Positions 63,342-64,000 of a DNA stretch of 64,000 bases are shown here, piece by piece. The DNA lies in NCBI GenBank assembly GCA_963817895.1, contig CAWFQB010000006.1:128001-192000 (forward strand), in the 5' to 3' direction. Made by a program: the position numbers and the translations under genes. This stretch comes from an uncultured Chthonomonadaceae bacterium. Its GTDB lineage: Bacteria; Armatimonadota; Chthonomonadetes; Chthonomonadales; Chthonomonadaceae. Each line of letters opens with the position of its first letter. Position 1 is the stretch's first letter. The notes under the pieces are model-generated. The model had not been told where the DNA came from. It saw nothing but the letters and a program-made list of their open reading frames with translations, and ran no database searches.

Positions 63342-64000
63342 CTAATGTATTGGGGCAAGCACCTGTGCGCTGCGAATGGGCAGGTACAGTTGAAGGCTTT
63401 GCCCGCGCCCGTACATGGGAACTGTTTGTATAGGATACACCATATTGGGCTGAACATAATCATTTCCGCCGAATTTTGCATCATCCGTATTGAGTATCAC
63501 CTTGTAATCGGCGCGTTCCGGCATGGGGACGCGCAGGCCGAAGAAGGACTCGGTCGGATTAAGACTGAATACGAAGACCAGAGGGCCGCGCCGATACGCG
63601 AGTTGCCGCGTGTCCTCGTGCAGCATCAGTTGCTCGATATAAGTATCGTTGAGCAGGTTGTAGTCTTTGTCCAGTTGTTGCAGGGCGTGGTCAAAAGCGT
63701 TCAGATCACTGATAGCGCAGATGGTCGGTTTCCACAAGTGACCACTGGCGGCGGGCGTGTTGGTAGGAGTTGTTGTTTTCCAGCGTGGGGAAATCAATCC
63801 ATTCGGGATGCCCGAACTCGTTGCCCATGAAGTTCAAATAGCCCTCGCCGCCAAGCGAAAAGGTGAGCAGGCGTATCAGTTTGTGCAGGGCGATGCCGCG
63901 CTCGACAACCGGACTATGCGCGAAACGGCTCATGCCCCCGTACATTGCTTTGTCCATCAGGCGAAACGCGACGGTCTTATCCCCTACAAGCGCCTGATCG
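63342..64000 (-). CDS. glgB: 1,4-alpha-glucan branching enzyme (GH13), C-terminal part, indel near 63715
   Basis: [58 protein letters not shown]. Confidence 0.85.

Overview
64 kb of GC-rich bacterial DNA. Gene content (planctomycete-type DUF1501, DUF1549/1553 and WD40-cytochrome genes, Uma2, DUF4058, malectin-rich secreted enzymes, many short palindromic repeats) suggests an Armatimonadota-like genome; this is inference only. Many single-base frameshifts in ordinary genes point to long-read indel errors. The main finding is a minus-strand retron locus (4735-12679). It has a retron reverse transcriptase (NAxxH / YADD / VTG), a SWIM zinc-finger protein with a C-terminal BRCT domain, and a large helical-repeat protein carrying an inserted LVIVD beta-propeller, resembling type XIII (myxobacterial-like) retrons. 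It is preceded not by one msr-msd RNA but by a tandem array of three. Each ~220-nt unit has its own a1/a2 closing stem, an AGC branching-G context exactly 192 nt from the opposing G, and near-invariant scaffold blocks, but a different perfectly paired 24-26 bp msd stem. This suggests one RT producing three different msDNAs. Also present: a Septu-like ATPase+HNH pair, two IS3-family elements that each split a reconstructable gene, an IS630 inserted into a palindromic repeat, an acs gene with an in-frame repeat insertion, GH44 and S8 genes sharing six near-identical malectin modules, glgP, a partial branching enzyme, msrA and several REP/MITE-like palindrome families.
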